NCBI GenBank assembly: GCA_031082315.1
Contig: JAVHLC010000006.1
Location: 16,560 to 80,559 of the forward strand
DNA from: Thermodesulfobacteriota bacterium
GTDB taxonomy: Bacteria > Desulfobacterota > QYQD01
Direction: 5' to 3'
Length of the DNA stretch: 64,000 nt
Positions within the stretch are counted from its first letter, which is position 1. Each line of letters begins with the position of its first letter. Of this stretch, positions 30,655 to 38,752 are shown piece after piece. The notes under the pieces are model-generated. The model saw only the letters and a program-made list of their open reading frames with translations. It did not search any database and was not told the DNA's origin. The position numbers were made by a program, and so were the translations under genes.

Positions 30655-31440
30655 ATGGTTGCGAAAGGTTTAGCTTCTGTGCTTGTTAAGGAAGGGACGT
30701 CATTTAAGTTCATAATCCTTGCCGCAGGCAAAGGAACGCGCATGAAATCGTCCCGGGCCAAGGTGTTACACGAGATTATGGACCGGCCGATGTTGGCCTA
30801 TGTATTGGACACGGCCGAACGGGTTGAGTCTTCAGGTATATATGTAATTGTCGGATATCAGAGCAAGGCCGTAGAGGCGGCTTTTGTTGGTCGGTCGATT
30901 AAGTTTATCTTACAGCACGAGCAATTAGGAACCGGGCATGCGGTGTTATGCGCAGCTAGTGAGCTTTCCGGTTATAGTGGAGACGTGGTTATTCTCTGTG
31001 GCGATGTGCCGTTTTTGAGGCCGGAGACAGTGAGGGGGCTTATACAACAACATATAGCCCGGGAAGCGGCATTATCTGTCCTGACGACGATTGTAGATGA
31101 CCCCGGGCATTATGGCCGGGTGATCAAGGACGGCAAGGGTAATATCTTAAAGATCGCTGAAGATAAAGATGCTACGCCGGATGAGAAATTGATATGTGAA
31201 GTGAATACCGGAATATATTGCGCTAAATTTCCAGTGCTTATCGATGCCCTGAGAAGGGCAGGAAGAGATAATGTGCAGGGAGAATATTATTTAACCGACG
31301 CTGTGCACCTGATCAAAGAGATGGGCCACAGGGTTATCAGCGTTATTACGGATCGGCAGGATGAGGTTATGGGGATAAACAGCATGGCAGAGCTGGCCAG
31401 GGCGGAAGAGATGATGCGAAGAGGAAGTAACGCAACATAG
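30655..31440 (+). CDS. GlmU-N-terminal-like sugar-1-phosphate nucleotidyltransferase (no acetyltransferase domain)
   Basis: ILAAGKGTRMKS, LGTGHAV and VNTGIYC match the uridyltransferase half of GlmU. The start is uncertain: the ORF-track start 30634 is inside a repeat, ATG 30655 has no clear SD, and GTG 30679 is possible. Confidence 0.75.
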   Translation: MVAKGLASVLVKEGTSFKFIILAAGKGTRMKSSRAKVLHEIMDRPMLAYVLDTAERVESSGIYVIVGYQSKAVEAAFVGRSIKFILQHEQLGTGHAVLCAASELSGYSGDVVILCGDVPFLRPETVRGLIQQHIAREAALSVLTTIVDDPGHYGRVIKDGKGNILKIAEDKDATPDEKLICEVNTGIYCAKFPVLIDALRRAGRDNVQGEYYLTDAVHLIKEMGHRVISVITDRQDEVMGINSMAELARAEEMMRRGSNAT

Positions 31441-31528
31441 CCGTCTTTTAAACAAATTCGTAACATTTTAGCTGGTTGAAACGTTGGATCACCTCAGCTT
31501 TCAAGAGCCTGAAATGCTACAGATTCTT

Positions 31529-31599
31529 AAATTTGGAACTCAGGAACTCATGAAAAAAAATGCTGTTCTATTCCTGATTTCTTGATTTCCAGATTCATT
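31529..31599 (+). repeat. GGAACTC/CTGATTT element, copy 2
   Basis: aaatttggaactcaggaactcatgaaaaaa ... tcctgatttcttgatttccagatt matches 10792..10859 in the same orientation. Confidence 0.85.
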
Positions 31600-31715
31600 C
31601 ATATAAGTGGTAACACTTTAGGTTTTACAACGCATCGCATTCACGACAGGCTTTCAAAAATCTAAATTGTTACACAACTTTGATTTTGGCCTCGGGAATA
31701 TTAGAAGGTATCCAT

Positions 31716-33917
31716 ATGCCCAGAAGAATAACCAGAGAAACGAATCAAAAATCCGCCGGGGCGGGAGAAAAAACAATCCAGCGTGAGGATATACTGGCCG
31801 CCATGCGCAAATCAGGGCGGCCTCTTTTTATGCGTGATATTTTGCATATTTTAAGCCCTGCGCCACGGGACAAAAAGTTGGTAAAGGACATGATAATCCG
31901 GATGGGGGAAGCCGGTGATCTTATACTGCTTAAAGAGGGCCGCTATGGTCTCCCGGAACGTATGAACCTGGTTACGGGACGTCTGCAGATCAACCCGGGT
32001 GGTTTTGGCTTTGTGATCCCGGAAGCAAAAGATATAGAAGACGTATTTATACCGGGACGGGAGATAAAGGATGCCATCCACGGCGATCGGATTATAGTAC
32101 GCCTGGAACATGGCCTGAGAGGCCGCCGGCCGGAGGGGAGAGTCATACGTATCCTGGAGAGGAAAGCCAAATATATCGTTGGGGCCTTCACCAGGGGACG
32201 GGGAGCCTCCTACGTAATACCTGAGGATGAACGATTTCCGTTTGAAGTTGTCATCTCTTCCCGGGAGACCGCCGGCGCCCGTTCGGATGAGGTGGTGGTA
32301 GCGGAGATAACGAATTTCCCTCCAGGAAGGCGAAACCCTGAAGGCCGGATAATAAAAGTGCTTGGCGACCCGGATGATATAGCCGTACAGACGCAGATGG
32401 TCATTTTCAAGCGCGGCCTTATTCAGGACTTCAGCCCTGAGGCAGAGGAGCAGGCGCGGCGTCTGCCTTCCGAGGTTACATCCAAAATGGTAAGGGGCCG
32501 GGAGGACCTGCGGGGTATCCTTACCGTGACCATTGATGGAGAGCAGGCCAAAGATTTTGACGATGCTGTATCTATAGAGAAGGATCGCCAGGGTTATAAT
32601 CTCTATGTCTCCATTGCCGATATCAGCCATTATGTGCCGGCAGGAAGTCCTTTGGACGAAGATGCCTATAAGCGTGGCAACAGTGTCTATTTCCCTAATT
32701 TTGTCGTTCCCATGTTTCCGCCCATCCTTTCAGACTATTTAGGCAGCTTAAGGCCCCAGGTGGAGCGACTGGCCTTTACCGTCTTTCTGCATTTTGACCG
32801 CCAGGGGAAGATGAGGGAACGCCGTTTTTATAAGAGTGCCATCCGGAGTGACGCCCGTTTAACCTATACAGAGGTCAAAGGCATCCTGGTGGATAAGGAC
32901 AGGAGCCTGCGCCAGAAATACAGGCCGCTGGTTAAATCATTGGAATGGATGGCTGAGTTGAGTCAGAAAATCGCCGGGAATAGACGACAGCGCGGCAGTA
33001 TAGATTTTGATCTCCCTGAACCGGCCGTAATACTTGGCGTGCAAGGAACCTTAGAGGACATTGTGCGCCGGGAAAGAAACCTGGCCCACCAGATCATAGA
33101 GGAATTTATGATAGCGGCCAACGAGGCCGTGGCCGAGCATATCTCCGAGAGAGATATCCCTTGTCTCTATCGCATACACGAGGAGCCCGAGGCAGCAAAA
33201 GTTCACAATTTTCTCAATTTTGCCTATTCTCTGGGGTTGCCTATTACGTTTCCAGAAAAGATGACCCCGCACTGGTTTCAACAGGTGCTCGGTCTGGTGG
33301 AAGGCGCGCCGGGCGAATATGTGGTTAACACGCTACTCCTGCGTTCCATGAAACAGGCGGTTTATGCGGCTGAGAACCGCGGGCATTTTGGTTTAGCCTC
33401 AGCCCACTACACCCATTTTACCTCTCCCATTCGCCGCTATGCCGACTTGATTGTACACCGCATCTTACACTATGCGCTGGAAGGTAATCCCGGGCCGCTT
33501 TATACCTTAGAACAACTATCCGAGATAGGCCAGTATATTTCAACGCAGGAACGTCTGGCCATGGAGGCGGAACGCGAGATGGTGGATCGCCTGCGTACCC
33601 GGTTTATGGCGGATAAAGTCGGAGAGGAGTATGACGGCATCATCTCGGCGGTTACGGCCTTTGGATTTTTTGTAGAACTGCGGGAGATTTTTGTGGAGGG
33701 TGTGGTACGCCTCGTGGACCTGGCCGATGATTACTATTATTACGAAGAAAAACACCATCGTCTGGTGGGTAGAAGAAAAAAACAGATTTTCCAGATAGGG
33801 GACTTTGTCCGAGTCCAGGTAGCCAGAGTCGATATCTCACGCCGGCATATCAATCTTATTCTGGTTATGAAGTACACATCCAGGGGAATTTCTGACCTGA
33901 GGAAATCAAAAAAGTAG
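31716..33917 (+). CDS. rnr: ribonuclease R
   Basis: RNB catalytic domain (IDGEQAKDFDDAVS, HFGLASAHYTHFTSPIRRYADL) flanked by N-terminal OB/wHTH domains and a C-terminal S1 domain (GIISAVTAFGFFVEL). ATG 31716 is preferred over TTG 31680. Confidence 0.93.
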   Translation: MPRRITRETNQKSAGAGEKTIQREDILAAMRKSGRPLFMRDILHILSPAPRDKKLVKDMIIRMGEAGDLILLKEGRYGLPERMNLVTGRLQINPGGFGFVIPEAKDIEDVFIPGREIKDAIHGDRIIVRLEHGLRGRRPEGRVIRILERKAKYIVGAFTRGRGASYVIPEDERFPFEVVISSRETAGARSDEVVVAEITNFPPGRRNPEGRIIKVLGDPDDIAVQTQMVIFKRGLIQDFSPEAEEQARRLPSEVTSKMVRGREDLRGILTVTIDGEQAKDFDDAVSIEKDRQGYNLYVSIADISHYVPAGSPLDEDAYKRGNSVYFPNFVVPMFPPILSDYLGSLRPQVERLAFTVFLHFDRQGKMRERRFYKSAIRSDARLTYTEVKGILVDKDRSLRQKYRPLVKSLEWMAELSQKIAGNRRQRGSIDFDLPEPAVILGVQGTLEDIVRRERNLAHQIIEEFMIAANEAVAEHISERDIPCLYRIHEEPEAAKVHNFLNFAYSLGLPITFPEKMTPHWFQQVLGLVEGAPGEYVVNTLLLRSMKQAVYAAENRGHFGLASAHYTHFTSPIRRYADLIVHRILHYALEGNPGPLYTLEQLSEIGQYISTQERLAMEAEREMVDRLRTRFMADKVGEEYDGIISAVTAFGFFVELREIFVEGVVRLVDLADDYYYYEEKHHRLVGRRKKQIFQIGDFVRVQVARVDISRRHINLILVMKYTSRGISDLRKSKK

Positions 33918-33945
33918 CGGCGCAGTTTCAAATTATAAAATCCAA

Positions 33946-34719
33946 ATGACTAAAACCATTAAGGCTAATCTTGCCAACTTGGCCATTATTCTGCACAAGC
34001 CACGTTATCCGGAGAATATCGGGGCGGCAGCGCGCTGTGCCTTGAACATGGGCATCTCTAAGATAGTGGCGGTGAGCCCGGCCAATCCGGATAGAGAAAA
34101 AATGCTTAAGATGGCTACGCATGAAGCGGCGGGCCTGATTGAAAATATGGAGATATATGATAACCTGGCCGCGGCCCTGGCCCCTTTTCAATATATAGCC
34201 GGCACTACGGCCAGGCTAGGCAGGCATCGGCAGGCCCTAGAGACGCCGCGGGAACTGGCCGGTCGTATCGTGGACCTTTCTCAAAATAACCGCGTAGCCC
34301 TCCTTTTTGGCCCGGAGAATACGGGCCTGAGCAACGAGGATCTGAAATACTGTCATATTGTGACCACCATACCTACAGCCAATTTTGCTTCGCTTAACCT
34401 GGCCCAGGCCGTCATGATTGTATGTTACGAGATACTCATGGCCCGTATGGAAGCCACTTCTCGGGATCGTATTACACCGCATCTGGCGACTTCTGCAGAG
34501 CAGGAGGGGATGTATGCGGATCTGCAGGAGGCGCTGCTCACGATTGGTTTTCTTAAATCTGGGGAGCAGGAGTATGGTCTTAATCAAGTGCGGATATTTC
34601 TTTCCCGCGTCAAACTTCTCTCGCGGGAGACCCAACTCATCCGCGGCCTCTGCCGGCAGCTTAAATGGTTTAAAGGCAGCATTCAGCAGTCAGCTGTCAG
34701 CGATCAGCAAGGCAAGTAA
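33946..34719 (+). CDS. SpoU/TrmJ-class RNA 2'-O-methyltransferase
   Basis: ENIGAAARCALNMG, LLFGPENTGLS and LNLAQAVMIVCYE motifs. The last ~13 codons (SIQQSAVSDQQGK) are read from a TCAGC heptamer array. Confidence 0.8.
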   Translation: MTKTIKANLANLAIILHKPRYPENIGAAARCALNMGISKIVAVSPANPDREKMLKMATHEAAGLIENMEIYDNLAAALAPFQYIAGTTARLGRHRQALETPRELAGRIVDLSQNNRVALLFGPENTGLSNEDLKYCHIVTTIPTANFASLNLAQAVMIVCYEILMARMEATSRDRITPHLATSAEQEGMYADLQEALLTIGFLKSGEQEYGLNQVRIFLSRVKLLSRETQLIRGLCRQLKWFKGSIQQSAVSDQQGK

Positions 34720-34765
34720 AAATTTATTGTTTTCCTCAAAGCTGATAGCTGAAGGCTGAAAGCTT
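34677..34765. repeat. inverted heptamer arrays (TCAGC x4 / GCTGA x3) spanning the 3' end of the TrmJ-like gene
   Basis: cattcagc agtcagc tgtcagc gatcagc ... gctgata gctgaag gctgaaa gc. The left arm is inside the annotated CDS. Confidence 0.85.
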
Positions 34766-34772
34766 ATAAATT

Positions 34773-35720
34773 CTATCTACAGGGCAGATCGAATTCAGGA
34801 GATGTCATCTCCTGAAATTTTGCTTCAAGGTCGGCTATAGGAGATTTGAGATTTCCGGCTTCATCGGCCCTTTTTAGTATTTCAAGCACAAGCGAGGCCT
34901 TTTCCTTGTGTCCGATATTATAACAGACGTTGAAGGCCCTCCAGGCGTATTCAGCGGCCTCAGACCACCTTTCCTGGTTTAGACTTGATTTGGCCAGCAT
35001 CTCCAGATCGGCAGCGATGCCGGGATAATCGAGGGTTTCCTGGTCAAGTTCCAGGGCCTTTCCCCATAGGGTTTGGGCCTCCATATAATTTCCCTCAGAC
35101 ATGCGTATAAGGCCCAGATTATGGCAGGCTGAAGCCATACCGGATTTATTATCCCCGGCTTCATAGATGGCTATGGCTTTCGATACATAATCATTCGCCA
35201 TGGGAAGAAGACCTTTTTGCCAATATAGGTGTCCCATAAGATTGAGAACAAAGGCCTGCTGGAGTTTATCCTTACCGCGCGTTGCCGCCTGATACGCCTC
35301 TTCCAGATGTCTTTCGGCCTGGTCTGGATTTTTTGCCTTCAGGTCAACCGCAGCCAGATTACTGAGACTGAGAGATAGTCCTGCTTCGTTATCCAGATTA
35401 CGCTGAATGCGGGCGGCCAGGGTAAAAAAATCTCTGGCCTCATTGAGCTTGCCGGTATTCAGGGCCAGCATGCCGATATTGTTATAGTCATAAGCCATGC
35501 CGGGAAGGTTGTCTGTGGACTGGTTAATTCGCAAGGAATCTTCAAATAAGGACAAGGCCCGGCTATAACAGCCTTTTTTAAACCAGTGTATCCCCTCATT
35601 AGCATAATCCAATGCCTTTTCTTTTTCTAATTCTATAGGCTTCGGCGGCGCGCCTGCACAACTTGAGATGCCGGGTAACATTAGCAGGATGCAGGCTATT
35701 ACCAGGAGATAATGGCGCAT
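34773..35720 (-). CDS. TPR-repeat lipoprotein
   Basis: Signal peptide with lipobox LPGISSC, followed by several TPR units (W/Y..G.Y..A...F..AL). Abuts the mlaD stop. Confidence 0.8.
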   Translation of the reverse strand: MRHYLLVIACILLMLPGISSCAGAPPKPIELEKEKALDYANEGIHWFKKGCYSRALSLFEDSLRINQSTDNLPGMAYDYNNIGMLALNTGKLNEARDFFTLAARIQRNLDNEAGLSLSLSNLAAVDLKAKNPDQAERHLEEAYQAATRGKDKLQQAFVLNLMGHLYWQKGLLPMANDYVSKAIAIYEAGDNKSGMASACHNLGLIRMSEGNYMEAQTLWGKALELDQETLDYPGIAADLEMLAKSSLNQERWSEAAEYAWRAFNVCYNIGHKEKASLVLEILKRADEAGNLKSPIADLEAKFQEMTSPEFDLPCR

Positions 35721-36638
35721 TTATCTTACCCCCCTTGTATCCGGCTGAATAATTCCCTTTTCTTTTTGGGGGATGCCGCCTTTAATGAGCGGACTACGTT
35801 TGGCTGACTCCAGTATCTGGTCCAGTTTCTGCAAATTCTCACGCGCTCCCTGGGCAATGGCCGGCGCATCACGGCTGGCGGTCTTTATATCCTGCAGGAT
35901 TTTTCTCAGCTCTTGCATGGCTTCCGGCAGGACCCGGGCGGCCTGCTCTACGCCTTGCGATGTCTTCTCGGCGTTAGCCAATATAACCTCCAGGTGGGCC
36001 ATTTGCCGGTCCAGTCTCTCATAAAGGTCATTTTTTACCAGTATATTCCCCAGCCCCTGTCCCCTTTTTATGTCATTGGTTATGGCCCGCAGGTCCCATA
36101 GTGTACCCAATAGCGGGCCTTCCGGGTCTTTAAGCTGATCCATAGTCTCCTCGAGACTGTATAGTATCCGGGTAAGGGCATTAAATTTTTCTTCCAGGTG
36201 AAACTCTTCAGCATAATCACCGAGAGATTTCCTCCTCTTGGAGGGGATGGTTCCCTCTTCAGGTATAAGAGGTGACTCCGGCGAACCGGCGGATATGGAT
36301 ATATATTCGCTGCCAATGAAGGTGGGACTGGCTACGACCGCTACCGAGTCCCGCCTGATCAATTTTGAGTGTTCCTTCAGGATTTTGATGGTGACTCCTA
36401 CCTTGTTTTGCGGGGTAATCTCCAGCGAAGTCACATACCCTACATCAGTATTAAATAGCTTGACGGTGGCCCCTTCCTTGAGGTTATAGCCCTCATTAAA
36501 GACAATATGATATACGCCATAATCCCTGAACCAGGCCTTACCGCGGCTGATGACGATTATGCTTCCGGTTACTACGATGATGGTAAGGATGAGCAAGGCG
36601 CCCACCATCTTTTCCATTGTGCTAAACTTCATTTCCAT
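35721..36638 (-). CDS. MlaD/MCE-domain protein with C-terminal coiled-coil extension
   Basis: TM anchor (MVGALLILTIIVVTGSIIV) and MCE domain (YHIVFNEGYNLKEGATVKLFNTDVGYVTSLEI). The start is uncertain (M at 36638 or 36632). The ORF-track GTG 36683 lies in an inverted-repeat element. Confidence 0.85.
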   Translation of the reverse strand: MEMKFSTMEKMVGALLILTIIVVTGSIIVISRGKAWFRDYGVYHIVFNEGYNLKEGATVKLFNTDVGYVTSLEITPQNKVGVTIKILKEHSKLIRRDSVAVVASPTFIGSEYISISAGSPESPLIPEEGTIPSKRRKSLGDYAEEFHLEEKFNALTRILYSLEETMDQLKDPEGPLLGTLWDLRAITNDIKRGQGLGNILVKNDLYERLDRQMAHLEVILANAEKTSQGVEQAARVLPEAMQELRKILQDIKTASRDAPAIAQGARENLQKLDQILESAKRSPLIKGGIPQKEKGIIQPDTRGVR

Positions 36639-36680
36639 GATCGGATGCTGCCCTTCCCTTTTTTCAGGATTGTAATAGTT

Positions 36681-36774
36681 CACCGCAAAGACGCAGAGGG
36701 CGCAAAGTTTTAAAATTCATCTTTTTCTTTTAGCACCGTGGGCCTTTCTTGGCGTTCTTTGCGTCTTTGCGGTG
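36681..36774. repeat. GCAAAG-type inverted-repeat element between the mlaF-like gene and mlaD
   Basis: caccgcaaagacgcagagggcgcaaag ... ctttcttggcgttctttgcgtctttgcggtg. Confidence 0.85.
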
Positions 36775-36784
36775 AAGTCGACGC

Positions 36785-37474
36785 TTACTCAGGATTTAAC
36801 TCCACAATTCTTCCCTCTTCCAGGGTATATGAGCGACTAATGAGTGCGGACAGGGAGGCGAATGAGGCAGCGCTTGTGGAGGCGACCAGCAGGGAGCTGC
36901 CCATCTCCCGCAGGCATTTTCCTACATAGGATATAAGCAGGGCCTGTCCTTCTGTAGAAAGAGTATTAATTATTCTGTCCAGTAGTATCAGGATAGGTTT
37001 CTTGGACAACTCCCGGGCGCATACTGCCCGTTTAAATATCTCCGCATTAACCTCTGTGGGATGCAGGTCTTTATAATCATTGACCTGGAAATAGGTTAAG
37101 AGCCTTTCTCCTTCTTCCCAGACATCCTGCAGTGATTTGTTTTCGTGGTAGGCCCAGCCCAGAGATACGTTTTGCAATAAGGTAAGATTGCTTATTAAGG
37201 CCGTATCCTCGGCTACGTAGGCAATCTTTCGGCGCAGGGGAAGAAGGTCTATTTCCCTGTCAAAAGGCACGGGTGTTCCCTCCAGGTAAATTTCTCCCTG
37301 CGTTGGTTCCAGCAAGGTGGCGCATATCTGGAGCAACTCAGCGCCGGACAGGCCGGTTGGGTCACAGAGACCTATCCCTTCGCCATATGGTACGGCCAGG
37401 TTAACTTCCTGTAATATGGTTTTCCCATTTTCTTTGTACCATATATTATTTATCTGAAGGCGAATTGCGGCCAT
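36785..37474 (-). CDS. MlaF-like ABC nucleotide-binding-domain protein with degenerate catalytic motifs
   Basis: The ABC NBD fold is recognisable (ILQEVNLAVPYGEGIGL ... PTQGEIYLEG ... KPILILLD), but Walker A is GLCDPTGLSGAE, the signature LSGGQ is absent, Walker B is LLDR and the H-loop is absent. Confidence 0.75.
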   Translation of the reverse strand: MAAIRLQINNIWYKENGKTILQEVNLAVPYGEGIGLCDPTGLSGAELLQICATLLEPTQGEIYLEGTPVPFDREIDLLPLRRKIAYVAEDTALISNLTLLQNVSLGWAYHENKSLQDVWEEGERLLTYFQVNDYKDLHPTEVNAEIFKRAVCARELSKKPILILLDRIINTLSTEGQALLISYVGKCLREMGSSLLVASTSAASFASLSALISRSYTLEEGRIVELNPE

Positions 37475-37481
37475 CTTCCAA

Positions 37482-38306
37482 TCACAGGTAAAAAAAAGTG
37501 GATATGAGGACGTTCAGGACAAAACAATACACCAGACACTGTACGGCGGCCCGGGCGGTGACCTGGGGCACTTCTGTGATAGCCTTTTTAGCCAGACCGC
37601 CCTGGTAAGCAAAGACCAGAGATATAATGAGGCCGAAGAAAAGGGCCTTAACAAAGCCTATAATGACATCAAACCCTGTAATGGCCCGATAAAATGAAGG
37701 AAGTAAGACAGAAAATGGCGTTCCTGTGAATATCCAGGCGAATAAGTATCCCCCGGTAATAGCTACGGCGTCAAACCAGATAAAAAGGCAGATGATGGCC
37801 AGTATTACTCCCAACGCACGGGGCAGAACCACAAGGTGCAGAGGGTCTATCCCCAGCATACGGAGCGCGCGCATTTCTTTAAGGACATGCATGTAACCTA
37901 TCTCTACCGACATGGACATCCCGGAGCGAAGTATGACGACCAGCATGGTCATCAGCGGCCCAATTTCCCGTATAACTACGGCTACGAGTAATGTGCCCAG
38001 GAACTCTTCACTACCGACCCTGGTCAGTTGACCCAGAGATTGAACGATAACCAAAAAACCGAAAACAAGGGCCACGAGGCTTATGATACCTAGAGACTGA
38101 ACCCCTGTAAAATATATTTGTTGTATGGTAGTCTGTCTGATAAGACGTTGTCCTATCTTACGTTCCTTGAAGAAAATATAGATGAGGCGGGTGAGAAGGC
38201 CCATAACATTGCTTAAATTCCGGATTCTTTCTACTATACTGCGGCCGAGGCAGCCAAGGAGCCACCCAGGAGATAGTCCGGATGTGTTGCCTTGATACCC
38301 TCCCAT
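37482..38306 (-). CDS. MlaE-family ABC permease
   Basis: MlaE/Ttg2B pattern (QIYFTGVQSLGIISLVALVFGFLV, VVIREIGPLMT, ALRMLGIDP). Confidence 0.88.
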   Translation of the reverse strand: MGGYQGNTSGLSPGWLLGCLGRSIVERIRNLSNVMGLLTRLIYIFFKERKIGQRLIRQTTIQQIYFTGVQSLGIISLVALVFGFLVIVQSLGQLTRVGSEEFLGTLLVAVVIREIGPLMTMLVVILRSGMSMSVEIGYMHVLKEMRALRMLGIDPLHLVVLPRALGVILAIICLFIWFDAVAITGGYLFAWIFTGTPFSVLLPSFYRAITGFDVIIGFVKALFFGLIISLVFAYQGGLAKKAITEVPQVTARAAVQCLVYCFVLNVLISTFFYL

Positions 38307-38311
38307 TCTCT

Positions 38312-38671
38312 TTATGCCCTGATGCCTTTTTCTGACAGCATTTTTTCCGCAAATCCCAGGATAAAATCCCTTTGTGCCTTACTGGCATATTGGATGCAGT
38401 CGCAGCGAAGAGTCTGTTTGCTGCGTATGAGAAACTCGAATTTTACGCAATCCTCGCAAACCTCAATAGAGAAACAAAACGGCTTGCAATTTTCGTGAGT
38501 GTATTGTGTCTCAACCAGCAGGTCATCCGGGAGGTCAACCCAGAACAGACCCTCTACAGAGGACAGCTGGGCATGTTCCCGGAGGTATCCCGCAATCTGT
38601 TCGATTTGTCCTTTATCCAGTTCATCAATCAGATATTGCCGCACTGATGTCCCTTTCTTGGCTGTCAGCAT
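38312..38671 (-). CDS. hypothetical small Cys-rich protein
   Basis: ORF ends 5 nt upstream of mlaE. Six Cys lie in ENCKPFCFSIEVCEDC ... LRCDC. I recognise no family. The ORF-track TTG start 38683 lies in a repeat, so ATG 38671 is used, although there is no clear SD. Confidence 0.55.
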   Translation of the reverse strand: MLTAKKGTSVRQYLIDELDKGQIEQIAGYLREHAQLSSVEGLFWVDLPDDLLVETQYTHENCKPFCFSIEVCEDCVKFEFLIRSKQTLRCDCIQYASKAQRDFILGFAEKMLSEKGIRA

Positions 38672-38749
38672 TCTTAATTTCAAATTTGAGATCTGAAATT
38701 TGAGGTCTCTTTTTTAGCTGACAGCTGATTGCTGAGAGCCGATAGCCGC
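38661..38749. repeat. heptamer mosaic (TCAGC, ATTTGAG-type, GCTGANN x3-4) between the Lon-like gene and the small Cys-rich gene
   Basis: gctgtcagc ... atttcaa atttgag atctgaa atttgag ... agctgac agctgat tgctgag agccgat agccgct. Confidence 0.8.
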
Positions 38750-38752
38750 TCA

